DNA of 64,000 nt from the human T2T-CHM13v2.0 reference genome, Homo sapiens. The stretch lies in assembly GCF_009914755.1 (NCBI RefSeq), contig NC_060927.1; one strand, 5' to 3'. Both the position numbers and the translations under genes were made by a program. Shown one piece after another: positions 13,701 to 28,575 of this stretch (positions are counted from its first letter, which is position 1; every line of letters starts with the position of its first letter). Under the pieces are notes generated by a model. The model saw nothing but the letters and a program-made list of their open reading frames with translations. It searched no databases and was not told where the DNA came from.

Positions 13701-16700
13701 GGTCTATCAAAAGAAAGGTTAAACTCAGTGAGTTGAACCCACACATCACAAAGTAGTTTCTGAGAATCATTCTGTCTAGTTTTCCTACGAAGATATTGCC
13801 TTTTCTACCTTAGGCCTCAAACGGCGCTAAATATCCACCTGGAAATTCTACAAAAACTGAGTTTCAAAAGTGCTCTATTGAAAGGAAGCTTCAACTCTGT
13901 GAGTTGAAGGTACACATCACAAAGAAGTTTCTGAGAATTCTTCTGTCTAGTTGTAAATGAAGAAATCACGTTTCAAACGAAGGCCACAAAGAGGTCCAAA
14001 TATCCACTTGCAGATTCTACAAAAAGAGTGTTTCAAAACTGCTCCATCACGAGGAATGTTAAACTCTGTGCGTTGAATGCAAATATCACAAATAAGTTTC
14101 TGACAATACTTCTGTCTAGTTTTTACGTGAAGATATTTCCTTTCCTACTGTAGGCCTCAAAACGCTCTAAATATACACTTGCAAATTCCACAAAAAGAGT
14201 GTTTCAAAACTGCTCTATCAAAGGAAGTTTAAACTCTGTAAGCCTAATGCAAGCATCACAAAACAGCTTCGGAGAATGAATCTGCCTAGTTTTTCTGTGA
14301 AGATATTTCTTTTTCTGCCATAGACCTCACACCGCTGTAAAAATCCACTTGGAAATTCTACAAAAAGAGTATTTCAAAACTCTTCTATCGAAAGGAAGTT
14401 TCAACTCCATGAGTTAAATGCACATATCACAAATAATTTTCTGAGGATTCTTCTTTCAAGTTTTATATGAAGAAATCCCGTTTCCAAAGATGGCCTCAGA
14501 AAAGTCCCAATATACACTTGCAGATTCTACAAAAAGAGTTTTTCGAAACTGCTCTAACAAAAGAAAGGTTAAACTCTGTGAGTTGAAGGCACACATCACA
14601 AAGTAGTTTCTGAGAATCATTCTTTCTAGTTTTTCTATGAAGATATTGCCTTTTCCACCCTAGGCCTCAAACGGCGCTAAATATCCACTTGGAAATTCTT
14701 CAAAAAGAGAGCTACAAGACTGCTCTATCGAAAGGAAGCTTCAACTCTGCGAGTTGAAAGCACACATCACAAAGAAGTTTATGGGAATTCTTCTGTCTAG
14801 TTTTGTATGAAGAAGTCACGTTTCAAACGAAGGCCACAAAGAGGTCCAAATATCCACTTGGAGATTCAACAAAAAGAGTTTTTCAAAACTGCTCCATCAA
14901 GAGGAATATTCAACTCTGAGAGTTGAAGGCAGGTATCACAATATAGTTTCCGACAATGCTTCTGTCTAGATTTTATGTGAAGACATTCCCTTTTGTACCA
15001 CAGGCCTGAAAGCACTCTAAATATAGAATTGCAAATTCCACAAAAAGAGTGTTTAAAACCGCTCTATCCAAAGAAAGGTTAAACTCTGTAAGCTGAATGC
15101 GCACATCACAAAGTAGCTTCAGAGAACAATTGTGTCTAGTTTTCCTGTGAAGATATTTTCTCTTCTACATAGGCCTGAAACCGCTCTAAATATTCACCTG
15201 GAAATTCTACAAAAAGAATATTTCAACACTCTTCTATCAAAAGGAAGGTTGAACTCTGAGAGTTAAATGCACACATCACAAAGAAGTTTCTGAGAATTCT
15301 TCTGTCAAGGTTTCTATGAAGAAATCCCGTTTCCAATGAAGGCCTCAAAAAAGTCCAAATATTTACTTGCAGATTCTACACAAAGAGTGTTTCATAAACT
15401 GGTCTATCAAAAGAAAGGTTAAACTCAGTGAGTTGAACCCACACATCACAAAGTAGTTTCTGAGAATCATTCTGTCTAGTTTTCCTATGAAGATATTGCC
15501 TTTTCTACCATAGGCCTCAAACAGCGCTAAATATCCACCTGGAAATTCTACAAAAACTGAGTTTCAAAAGTGCTCTATTGAAAGGAAGCTTCAACTCTGT
15601 GAGTTGAAGGTACACATCACAAAGAAGTTTCTGAGAATTCTTCTGTCTAGTTGTAAATGAAAAAATCACGTTTCAAACGAAGGCCACAAAGAGGTCCAAA
15701 TATTCACTTGCAGATTCTACAAAAAGAGTGTTTCAAAACTGCTCCATCACGAGGAATGTTCAACTCTGTGCGTTGAATGCAAATATCACAAATAAGTTTC
15801 TGACAATACTTCTGTCTAGTTTTTATGTGAAGATATTTCCTTTCCTACTGTAGGCCTCAAAACGCTCTAAATATACACATTGCAAATTCCACAAAAAGAG
15901 TGTCTCAAAACTGCTCTATCAAAGGAAGCTTAAACTCTGTAAGCTTAATGCAAGCATCGCAAAACAGCTTCGGAGAATGAATCTGCCTAGTTTTTCTGTG
16001 AAGATATTTCTTTTCCTGCCATAGACCTCACACCGCTGTAAAAATCCACTTGGAAATTCTACAAAAAGAGTATTTCAAAACTCTTCTATCGAAAGGAAGT
16101 TTCAACTCCATGAGTTAAATGCACATATCACAAATAATTTTCTGAGGATTCTTCTTTCAAGTTTTATAGGAAGAAATCCCGTTTCCAAAGATGGCCTCAG
16201 AAAAGTCCCAATATACACTTGCAGATTCTACAAAAAGAGTTTTTCAAAACTGCTCTATCAAAAGAAAGGTTAAACTCTGTGAGTTGAAGGCACACATCAC
16301 AAAGTACTTTCTGAGAATCATTCTGTCTAGTTTTTCTATGAAGATATTGCCTTTTCCACCATAGGCCTCAAACGGCGCTAAATATCCACTTGGAAATTCT
16401 ACAAACAGAGAGTTACAAGACTGCTCTATCGAAAGGAAGCTTCAACTCTGCGAGTTGCAAGCACACATCCCAAAGAAGTTTATGAGAATTCTTCTGTCTA
16501 GTTTTGTATGAAGAAGTCACGTTTCAAACGAAGGCCACAAAGAGGTCCAAATATCCACTTGGAGATTCAACAAAAAGAGTTTTTCAAAACTGCTCCATCA
16601 AGAGGAATATTCAACTCTGAGAGTTGAAGGCAGGTATCACACAGTAGTTTCCGACAATACTTCTGTCTAGATTTTATGTGAAGACATTCCCTTTTGTACC

Positions 16701-17025
16701 ACAGGCCTGAAAGCACTCTAAATATAGAATTGCAAATTCCACAAAAAGAGTGTTTAAAACCGCTCGATCCAAAGAAAGGTTAAACTCTGTAAGCTGAATG
16801 CGCACATCACAAAGTAGCTTCAGAGAACAATTGTGTCTAGTTTTTCTGTGAAGATATTTTCTCTTCTACATAGGCCTGAAACCGCTCTAAATATTCACTT
16901 GGAAATTCTACAAAACGAATATTTCAACACTCTTCTATCAAAAGGAAGGTTGAACTCTGAGAGTTAAATGCACACATCACAAAGAAGTTTCTGAGAATTC
17001 TTCTGTCAAGGTTTCTATGAAGAAA

Positions 17026-20000
17026 TCCCGTTTCCAATGAAGGCCTCAAAAAAGTCCAAATATTTACTTGCAGATTCTACAAAAAGAGTGTTTTATAACT
17101 GGTCTATCAACAGAAAGGTTAAACTCAGTGAGTTGAACCCACACATCACAAAGTAGTTTCTGAGAATCATTCTGTCTAGTTTTCCTACGAAGATATTGCC
17201 TTTTCTACCATAGGCCTCAAACGGCGCTAAATATCCACCTGGAAATTGTACAAAAACTGAGTTTCAAAAGTGCTCTATTGAAAGGAAGCTTCAACTCTGT
17301 GAGTTGAAGGTGCACATCACAAAGAAGTTTCTGAGAATTCTTCTGTCAAGGTTTCTATGAAGAAATCCCGTTTCCAATGAAGGCCTCAAAAAAGTCCAAA
17401 TATTTACTTGCAGATTCTACAAAAAGAGTGTTTCATAACTGGTCTATCAAAAGAAAGGTTAAACTCAGTGAGTTGAACCCACACATCACAAAGTAGTTTC
17501 TGAGAATCATTCTGTCTAGTTTTCCTACGAAGATATTGCCTTTTCTACCATAGGCCTCAAACGACGCTAAATATCCACCTGGAAATTCTACAAAAACTGA
17601 GTTTCAAAAGTGCTCTATTGAAAGGAAGCTTCAACTCTGTGAGTTGAAGGTACACATCACAAAGAAGTTTCTGAGAATTCTTCTGTCTAGTTGTAAATGA
17701 AGAAATCACGTTTCAAAGGACGGCCACTAAGCGGTCCAAATATCCACTTGCAGATTCTACAAAAAGAGTGTTTCAAAACTACTCCATCAAGAGGAATGTT
17801 CAACTCTGTGCGTTCCATGCAAATATCACAAATAAGTTTCTGAAAATACTTCTGTCTAGTTTTTATGTGAAGATATTTCCTTTCCTACTGTAGGCCTCAA
17901 AACGCTCTAAATATACAGTTGCAAATTCCACAAAAAGAGTGTTTCAAAACTGCTCTATCAAAGGAAGTTTAAACTCTGTAAGCCTAAGGCAAGCATCACA
18001 AAACAGCTTCGGAGAATGAATCTGCCTAGTTTTTCTGTGAAGATATTTCTTTTTCTGCCATAGACCTCACACCGCTATAAAAATCCACTTGGAAATTCTA
18101 CAAAAAGAGTATTTCAAAACTCTTCTATCGAAAGGAAGTTTCAACTCCATGAGTTAAATGCACATATCACAAATAATTTTCTGAGGATTCTTCTTTCAAG
18201 TTTTATAGGAAGAAATCCCGTTTCCAAAGATGGCCTCAGAAAAGTCCCAATATACACTTGCAGTTCTACAAAAAGAGTTTTTCAAAACTGCTCTATCAAA
18301 AGAAAGGTTAAACTCTGTGAGTTGAAGGCACACATCACAAAGTAGTTTCTGAGAATCATTCTGTCTAGTTTTTCTATGAAGATATTGCCTTTTCCACCAT
18401 AGGCCTCAAACGGCGCTAAATATCCACTTGGAAATTCTACAAACAGAGAGTTACAAGACTGCTCTATCGAAAGGAAGCTTCAACTCTGCGAGTTGCAAGC
18501 ACACATCCCAAAGAAGTTTATGAGAATTCTTCTGTCTAGTTTTGTATGAAGAAGTCACGTTTCAAACGAAGGCCACAAAGAGGTCCAAATATCCACTTGG
18601 AGATTCAACAAAAAGAGTTTTTCAAAACTGCTCCATCAAGAGGAATATTCAACTCTGAGAGTTGAAGGCAGGTATCACACAGTAGTTTCCGACAATACTT
18701 CTGTCTAGATTTTATGTGAAGACATTCCCTTTTGTACCACAGGCCTGAAAGCACTCTAAATATAGAATTGCAAATTCCACAAAAAGAGTGTTTAAAACCG
18801 CTGGATCCAAAGAAAGGTTAAACTCTGTAAGCTGAATGCGCACATCACAAAGTAGCTTCAGAGAACAATTGTGTCTAGTTTTTCTGTGAAGATATTTTCT
18901 CTTCTACATAGGCCTGAAACCGCTCTAAATATTCACTTGGAAATTCTACAAAACGAATATTTCAACACTCTTCTATCAAAAGGAAGGTTGAACTCTGAGA
19001 GTTAAATGCACACATCACAAAGAAGTTTCTGAGAATTCTTCTGTCAAGGTTTCTATGAAGAAATCCCGTTTCCAATGAAGGCCTCAAAAAAGTCCAAATA
19101 TTTACTTGCAGATTCTACAAAAAGAGTGTTTCATAACTGGTCTATCAACAGAAAGGTTAAACTCAGTGAGTTGAACCCACACATCACAAAGTAGTTTCTG
19201 AGAATCATTCTGTCTAGTTTTCCTACGAAGATATTGCCTTTTCTACCATAGGCCTCAAACGGCGCTAAATATCCACCTGGAAATTCTACAAAAACTGAGT
19301 TTCAAAAGTGCTCTATTGAAAGGAAGCTTCAACTCTGTGAGTTGAAGGTGCACATCACAAAGAAGTTTCTGAGAATTCTTCTGTCAAGGTTTCTATGAAG
19401 AAATCCCGTTTCCAATGAAGGCCTCAAAAAAGTCCAAATATTTACTTGCAGATTCTACAAAAAGAGTGTTTCATAACTGGTCTATCAAAAGAAAGGTTAA
19501 ACTCAGTGAGTTGAACCCACACATCACAAAGTAGTTTCTGAGAATCATTCTGTCTAGTTTTCCTACGAAGATATTGCCTTTTCTACCGTAGGCCTCAAAC
19601 GGCGCTAAATATCCACCTGGAAATTCTACAAAAACTGAGTTTCAAAAGTGCTCTATTGAAAGGAAGCTTCAACTCTGTGAGTTGAAGGTACACATCACAA
19701 AGAAGTTTCTGAGAATTCTTCTGTCTAGTTGTAAATGAAGAAATCACGTTTCAAAGGACGGCCACTAAGCGGTCCAAATATCCACTTGCAGATTCTACAA
19801 AAAGAGTGTTTCAAAACTACTCCATCAAGAGGAATGTTCAACTCTGTGCGTTCCATGCAAATATCACAAATAAGTTTCTGAAAATACTTCTGTCTAGTTT
19901 TTATGTGAAGATATTTCCTTTCCTACTGTAGGCCTCAAAACGCTCTAAATATACAGTTGCAAATTCCACAAAAAGAGTGTTTCAAAACTGCTCTATCAAA

Positions 20001-21101
20001 GGAAGTTTAAACTCTGTAAGCCTAATGCAAGCATCACAAAACAGCTTCGGAGAATGAATCTGCCTAGTTTTTCTGTGAAGATATTTCTTTTTCTGCCATA
20101 GACCTCACACCGCTGTAAAAATCCACTTGGAAATTCTACAAAAAGAGTATTTCAAAACTCTTCTATCGAAAGGAAGTTTCAACTCCATGAGTTAAATGCA
20201 CATATCACAAATAATTTTCTGAGGATTCTTCTTTCAAGTTTTATAGGAAGAAATCCCGTTTCCAAAGATGGCCTCAGAAAAGTCCCAATATACACTTGCA
20301 GTTCTACAAAAAGAGTTTTTCAAAACTGCTCTATCAAAAGAAAGGTTAAACTCTGTGAGTTGAAGGCACACATCACAAAGTAGTTTCTGAGAATCATTCT
20401 GTCTAGTTTTTCTATGAAGATATTGCCTTTTCCACCATAGGCCTCAAACGGCGCTAAATATCCACTTGGAAATTCTTCAATAAGAGAGTTACAAGGCTGC
20501 TCTATCGAAAGGAAGCTTCAACTCTGCGAGTTGAAAGCACACATCACAAAGAAGTTTATGGGAATTCTTCTGTCTAGTTTTGTATGAAGAAGTCACGTTT
20601 CAAACGAAGGCCACAAAGAGGTCCAAATATCCACTTGGAGATTCAACAAAAAGAGTTTTTCAAAACTGCTCCATCAAGAGGAATATTCAACTCTGAGAGT
20701 TGAAGGCAGGTATCACAATACAGTTTCCGACAATGCGTCTGTCTAGATTTTATGTGAAGACATTCCCTTTTGTACCACAGGCCTGAAAGCACTCTAAATA
20801 TAGAATTGCAAATTCCACAAAAAGAGTGTTTAAAACCGCTCTATCCAAAGAAAGGTTAAACTCTGTAAGCTGAATGCGCACATCACAAAGAAGCTTCAGA
20901 GAACAATTGTGTCTAGTTTTTCTGTGAAGATATTTTCTCTTCTACATAGGCCTGAAACCGCTCTAAATATTCACTTGGGAATTCTACAAAAAGAATATTT
21001 CAACACTCTTCTATCAAAAGGAAGGTTGAACTCTGACAGTTAAATGCAAACATCACAAAGAAGTTTCTGAGAATTCTTCTGTCAAGGTTTCTATGAAGAA
21101 A
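17026..21101 (-). repeat. Two 12-mer HOR variants (monomers 1-2 duplicated), 2038 bp each
   Basis: Extra monomer-1 marker 340 bp after the first (17026/17366 and 19064/19404). Confidence 0.95.
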
Positions 21102-22800
21102 TCCCGTTTCCAATGAAGGCCTCAAAAAAGTTCAAATATTTACTTGCAGATTCTACAAAAAGACTGTTTCATAACTGGTCTATCAAAAGAAAGGTTAAAC
21201 TCAGTGATATGAACCCACACATCACAAAGTAGTTTCTGAGAATCATTCTGTCTAGTTTTCCTACGAAGATATTGCCTTTTCTACCATAGGCCTCAAACGG
21301 CGCTAAATATCCACCTGGAAATTCTACAAAAACTGAGTTTCAAAAGTGCTCTATTGAAAGGAAGCTTCAACTCTGTGAGTTGAAGGTACACATCACAACG
21401 AAGGTTCTGAGAATTCTTCTGTCTAGTTGTAAATGAAGAAATCACGTTTCAAACGAAGGCCACAAAGAGGTCCAAATATCCACTTGCAGATTCTACAAAA
21501 AGAGTGTTTCAAAACTGCTCCATCAAGAGGAATGTTCAACTCTGTGCATTCCATGCAAATATCACAAATAAGTTTCTGACAATACTTCTGTCTAGTTTTT
21601 ATGTGAAGATATTTCCTTTCCTACTGTAGGCCTCAAAACGCTCTAAATATACACTTGCAAATTCCACAAAAAGAGTGTTTCAAAACTGCTCTATCAAAGG
21701 AAGTTTAAACTCTGTAAGCTTAATGCAAGCATCACAAAACAGCTTCGGAGAATGAATCTGCCTAGTTTTTCTGTGAAGATATTTCTTTTTCTGCCATAGA
21801 CCTCACACCGCTGTAAAAATCCACTTGGAAATTCTACAAAAAGAGTATTTCAAAACTCTTCTATCGAAAGGAAGTTTCAACTCCATGAGTTAAATGCACA
21901 TATCACAAATAATTTTCTGAGGATTCTTCTTTCAAGTTTTATAGGAAGAAATCCCGTTTCCAAAGATGGCCTCAGAAAAGTCCCAATATACACTTGCAGA
22001 TTCTACAAAAAGAGTTTTTCAAAACTGCTCTATCAAAAGAAAGGTTAAACTCTGTGAGTTGAAGGCACACATCACAAAGTAGTTTCTGAGAATCATTCTG
22101 TCTAGTTTTTCTATGAAGATATTGCCTTTTCCACCATAGGCCTCAAACGGCGCTAAATATCCACTTGGAAATTCTACAAACAGAGAGTTACAAGACTGCT
22201 CTATCGAAAGGAAGCTTCAACTCTGCGAGTTGCAAGCACACATCCCAAAGAAGTTTATGAGAATTCTTCTGTCTAGTTTTGTATGAAGAAGTCACGTTTC
22301 AAACGAAGGCCACAAAGAGGTCCAAATATCCACTTGGAGATTCAACAAAAAGAGTTTTTCAAAACTGCTCCATCAAGAGGAATATTCAACTCTGAGAGTT
22401 GAAGGCAGGTATCACACAGTAGTTTCCGACAATACTTCTGTCTAGATTTTATGTGAAGACATTCCCTTTTGTACCACAGGCCTGAAAGCACTCTAAATAT
22501 AGAATTGCAAATTCCACAAAAAGAGTGTTTAAAACCGCTCGATCCAAAGAAAGGTTAAACTCTGTAAGCTGAATGCGCACATCACAAAGTAGCTTCAGAG
22601 AACAATTGTGTCTAGTTTTTCTGTGAAGATATTTTCTCTTCTACATAGGCCTGAAACCGCTCTAAATATTCACTTGGAAATTCTACAAAACGAATATTTC
22701 AACACTCTTCTATCAAAAGGAAGGTTGAACTCTGAGAGTTAAATGCACACATCACAAAGAAGTTTCTGAGAATTCTTCTGTCAAGGTTTCTATGAAGAAA

Positions 22801-25800
22801 TCCCGTTTCCAATGAAGGCCTCAAAAAAGTCCAAATATTTACTTGCAGATTCTACAAAAAGAGTGTTTTATAACTGGTCTATCAACAGAAAGGTTAAACT
22901 CAGTGAGTTGAACCCACACATCACAAAGTAGTTTCTGAGAATCATTCTGTCTAGTTTTCCTACGAAGATATTGCCTTTTCTACCATAGGCCTCAAACGGC
23001 GCTAAATATCCACCTGGAAATTGTACAAAAACTGAGTTTCAAAAGTGCTCTATTGAAAGGAAGCTTCAACTCTGTGAGTTGAAGGTGCACATCACAAAGA
23101 AGTTTCTGAGAATTCTTCTGTCAAGGTTTCTATGAAGAAATCCCGTTTCCAATGAAGGCCTCAAAAAAGTCCAAATATTTACTTGCAGATTCTACAAAAA
23201 GAGTGTTTCATAACTGGTCTATCAAAAGAAAGGTTAAACTCAGTGAGTTGAACCCACACATCACAAAGTAGTTTCTGAGAATCATTCTGTCTAGTTTTCC
23301 TACGAAGATATTGCCTTTTCTACCATAGGCCTCAAACGACGCTAAATATCCACCTGGAAATTCTACAAAAACTGAGTTTCAAAAGTGCTCTATTGAAAGG
23401 AAGCTTCAACTCTGTGAGTTGAAGGTACACATCACAAAGAAGTTTCTGAGAATTCTTCTGTCTAGTTGTAAATGAAGAAATCACGTTTCAAAGGACGGCC
23501 ACTAAGCGGTCCAAATATCCACTTGCAGATTCTACAAAAAGAGTGTTTCAAAACTACTCCATCAAGAGGAATGTTCAACTCTGTGCGTTCCATGCAAATA
23601 TCACAAATAAGTTTCTGAAAATACTTCTGTCTAGTTTTTATGTGAAGATATTTCCTTTCCTACTGTAGGCCTCAAAACGCTCTAAATATACAGTTGCAAA
23701 TTCCACAAAAAGAGTGTTTCAAAACTGCTCTATCAAAGGAAGTTTAAACTCTGTAAGCCTAAGGCAAGCATCACAAAACAGCTTCGGAGAATGAATCTGC
23801 CTAGTTTTTCTGTGAAGATATTTCTTTTTCTGCCATAGACCTCACACCGCTATAAAAATCCACTTGGAAATTCTACAAAAAGAGTATTTCAAAACTCTTC
23901 TATCGAAAGGAAGTTTCAACTCCATGAGTTAAATGCACATATCACAAATAATTTTCTGAGGATTCTTCTTTCAAGTTTTATAGGAAGAAATCCCGTTTCC
24001 AAAGATGGCCTCAGAAAAGTCCCAATATACACTTGCAGTTCTACAAAAAGAGTTTTTCAAAACTGCTCTATCAAAAGAAAGGTTAAACTCTGTGAGTTGA
24101 AGGCACACATCACAAAGTAGTTTCTGAGAATCATTCTGTCTAGTTTTTCTATGAAGATATTGCCTTTTCCACCATAGGCCTCAAACGGCGCTAAATATCC
24201 ACTTGGAAATTCTACAAACAGAGAGTTACAAGACTGCTCTATCGAAAGGAAGCTTCAACTCTGCGAGTTGCAAGCACACATCCCAAAGAAGTTTATGAGA
24301 ATTCTTCTGTCTAGTTTTGTATGAAGAAGTCACGTTTCAAACGAAGGCCACAAAGAGGTCCAAATATCCACTTGGAGATTCAACAAAAAGAGTTTTTCAA
24401 AACTGCTCCATCAAGAGGAATATTCAACTCTGAGAGTTGAAGGCAGGTATCACACAGTAGTTTCCGACAATACTTCTGTCTAGATTTTATGTGAAGACAT
24501 TCCCTTTTGTACCACAGGCCTGAAAGCACTCTAAATATAGAATTGCAAATTCCACAAAAAGAGTGTTTAAAACCGCTGGATCCAAAGAAAGGTTAAACTC
24601 TGTAAGCTGAATGCGCACATCACAAAGTAGCTTCAGAGAACAATTGTGTCTAGTTTTTCTGTGAAGATATTTTCTCTTCTACATAGGCCTGAAACCGCTC
24701 TAAATATTCACTTGGAAATTCTACAAAACGAATATTTCAACACTCTTCTATCAAAAGGAAGGTTGAACTCTGAGAGTTAAATGCACACATCACAAAGAAG
24801 TTTCTGAGAATTCTTCTGTCAAGGTTTCTATGAAGAAATCCCGTTTCCAATGAAGGCCTCAAAAAAGTCCAAATATTTACTTGCAGATTCTACAAAAAGA
24901 GTGTTTCATAACTGGTCTATCAACAGAAAGGTTAAACTCAGTGAGTTGAACCCACACATCACAAAGTAGTTTCTGAGAATCATTCTGTCTAGTTTTCCTA
25001 CGAAGATATTGCCTTTTCTACCATAGGCCTCAAACGGCGCTAAATATCCACCTGGAAATTCTACAAAAACTGAGTTTCAAAAGTGCTCTATTGAAAGGAA
25101 GCTTCAACTCTGTGAGTTGAAGGTGCACATCACAAAGAAGTTTCTGAGAATTCTTCTGTCAAGGTTTCTATGAAGAAATCCCGTTTCCAATGAAGGCCTC
25201 AAAAAAGTCCAAATATTTACTTGCAGATTCTACAAAAAGAGTGTTTCATAACTGGTCTATCAAAAGAAAGGTTAAACTCAGTGAGTTGAACCCACACATC
25301 ACAAAGTAGTTTCTGAGAATCATTCTGTCTAGTTTTCCTACGAAGATATTGCCTTTTCTACCGTAGGCCTCAAACGGCGCTAAATATCCACCTGGAAATT
25401 CTACAAAAACTGAGTTTCAAAAGTGCTCTATTGAAAGGAAGCTTCAACTCTGTGAGTTGAAGGTACACATCACAAAGAAGTTTCTGAGAATTCTTCTGTC
25501 TAGTTGTAAATGAAGAAATCACGTTTCAAAGGACGGCCACTAAGCGGTCCAAATATCCACTTGCAGATTCTACAAAAAGAGTGTTTCAAAACTACTCCAT
25601 CAAGAGGAATGTTCAACTCTGTGCGTTCCATGCAAATATCACAAATAAGTTTCTGAAAATACTTCTGTCTAGTTTTTATGTGAAGATATTTCCTTTCCTA
25701 CTGTAGGCCTCAAAACGCTCTAAATATACAGTTGCAAATTCCACAAAAAGAGTGTTTCAAAACTGCTCTATCAAAGGAAGTTTAAACTCTGTAAGCCTAA

Positions 25801-26876
25801 TGCAAGCATCACAAAACAGCTTCGGAGAATGAATCTGCCTAGTTTTTCTGTGAAGATATTTCTTTTTCTGCCATAGACCTCACACCGCTGTAAAAATCCA
25901 CTTGGAAATTCTACAAAAAGAGTATTTCAAAACTCTTCTATCGAAAGGAAGTTTCAACTCCATGAGTTAAATGCACATATCACAAATAATTTTCTGAGGA
26001 TTCTTCTTTCAAGTTTTATAGGAAGAAATCCCGTTTCCAAAGATGGCCTCAGAAAAGTCCCAATATACACTTGCAGTTCTACAAAAAGAGTTTTTCAAAA
26101 CTGCTCTATCAAAAGAAAGGTTAAACTCTGTGAGTTGAAGGCACACATCACAAAGTAGTTTCTGAGAATCATTCTGTCTAGTTTTTCTATGAAGATATTG
26201 CCTTTTCCACCATAGGCCTCAAACGGCGCTAAATATCCACTTGGAAATTCTTCAATAAGAGAGTTACAAGGCTGCTCTATCGAAAGGAAGCTTCAACTCT
26301 GCGAGTTGAAAGCACACATCACAAAGAAGTTTATGGGAATTCTTCTGTCTAGTTTTGTATGAAGAAGTCACGTTTCAAACGAAGGCCACAAAGAGGTCCA
26401 AATATCCACTTGGAGATTCAACAAAAAGAGTTTTTCAAAACTGCTCCATCAAGAGGAATATTCAACTCTGAGAGTTGAAGGCAGGTATCACAATACAGTT
26501 TCCGACAATGCGTCTGTCTAGATTTTATGTGAAGACATTCCCTTTTGTACCACAGGCCTGAAAGCACTCTAAATATAGAATTGCAAATTCCACAAAAAGA
26601 GTGTTTAAAACCGCTCTATCCAAAGAAAGGTTAAACTCTGTAAGCTGAATGCGCACATCACAAAGAAGCTTCAGAGAACAATTGTGTCTAGTTTTTCTGT
26701 GAAGATATTTTCTCTTCTACATAGGCCTGAAACCGCTCTAAATATTCACTTGGGAATTCTACAAAAAGAATATTTCAACACTCTTCTATCAAAAGGAAGG
26801 TTGAACTCTGACAGTTAAATGCAAACATCACAAAGAAGTTTCTGAGAATTCTTCTGTCAAGGTTTCTATGAAGAAA
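22801..26876 (-). repeat. Two further 12-mer HOR variants
   Basis: Marker pairs 22801/23141 and 24839/25179. Confidence 0.95.
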
Positions 26877-28575
26877 TCCCGTTTCCAATGAAGGCCTCAA
26901 AAAAGTTCAAATATTTACTTGCAGATTCTACAAAAAGACTGTTTCATAACTGGTCTATCAAAAGAAAGGTTAAACTCAGTGATATGAACCCACACATCAC
27001 AAAGTAGTTTCTGAGAATCATTCTGTCTAGTTTTCCTACGAAGATATTGCCTTTTCTACCATAGGCCTCAAACGGCGCTAAATATCCACCTGGAAATTCT
27101 ACAAAAACTGAGTTTCAAAAGTGCTCTATTGAAAGGAAGCTTCAACTCTGTGAGTTGAAGGTACACATCACAACGAAGGTTCTGAGAATTCTTCTGTCTA
27201 GTTGTAAATGAAGAAATCACGTTTCAAACGAAGGCCACAAAGAGGTCCAAATATCCACTTGCAGATTCTACAAAAAGAGTGTTTCAAAACTGCTCCATCA
27301 AGAGGAATGTTCAACTCTGTGCATTCCATGCAAATATCACAAATAAGTTTCTGACAATACTTCTGTCTAGTTTTTATGTGAAGATATTTCCTTTCCTACT
27401 GTAGGCCTCAAAACGCTCTAAATATACACTTGCAAATTCCACAAAAAGAGTGTTTCAAAACTGCTCTATCAAAGGAAGTTTAAACTCTGTAAGCTTAATG
27501 CAAGCATCACAAAACAGCTTCGGAGAATGAATCTGCCTAGTTTTTCTGTGAAGATATTTCTTTTTCTGCCATAGACCTCACACCGCTGTAAAAATCCACT
27601 TGGAAATTCTACAAAAAGAGTATTTCAAAACTCTTCTATCGAAAGGAAGTTTCAACTCCATGAGTTAAATGCACATATCACAAATAATTTTCTGAGGATT
27701 CTTCTTTCAAGTTTTATAGGAAGAAATCCCGTTTCCAAAGATGGCCTCAGAAAAGTCCCAATATACACTTGCAGATTCTACAAAAAGAGTTTTTCAAAAC
27801 TGCTCTATCAAAAGAAAGGTTAAACTCTGTGAGTTGAAGGCACACATCACAAAGTAGTTTCTGAGAATCATTCTGTCTAGTTTTTCTATGAAGATATTGC
27901 CTTTTCCACCATAGGCCTCAAACGGCGCTAAATATCCACTTGGAAATTCTACAAACAGAGAGTTACAAGACTGCTCTATCGAAAGGAAGCTTCAACTCTG
28001 CGAGTTGCAAGCACACATCCCAAAGAAGTTTATGAGAATTCTTCTGTCTAGTTTTGTATGAAGAAGTCACGTTTCAAACGAAGGCCACAAAGAGGTCCAA
28101 ATATCCACTTGGAGATTCAACAAAAAGAGTTTTTCAAAACTGCTCCATCAAGAGGAATATTCAACTCTGAGAGTTGAAGGCAGGTATCACACAGTAGTTT
28201 CCGACAATACTTCTGTCTAGATTTTATGTGAAGACATTCCCTTTTGTACCACAGGCCTGAAAGCACTCTAAATATAGAATTGCAAATTCCACAAAAAGAG
28301 TGTTTAAAACCGCTCGATCCAAAGAAAGGTTAAACTCTGTAGGCTGAATGCGCACATCACAAAGTAGCTTCAGAGAACAATTGTGTCTAGTTTTTCTGTG
28401 AAGATATTTTCTCTTCTACATAGGCCTGAAACCGCTCTAAATATTCACTTGGAAATTCTACAAAACGAATATTTCAACACTCTTCTATCAAAAGGAAGGT
28501 TGAACTCTGAGAGTTAAATGCACACATCACAAAGAAGTTTCTGAGAATTCTTCTGTCAAGGTTTCTATGAAGAAA

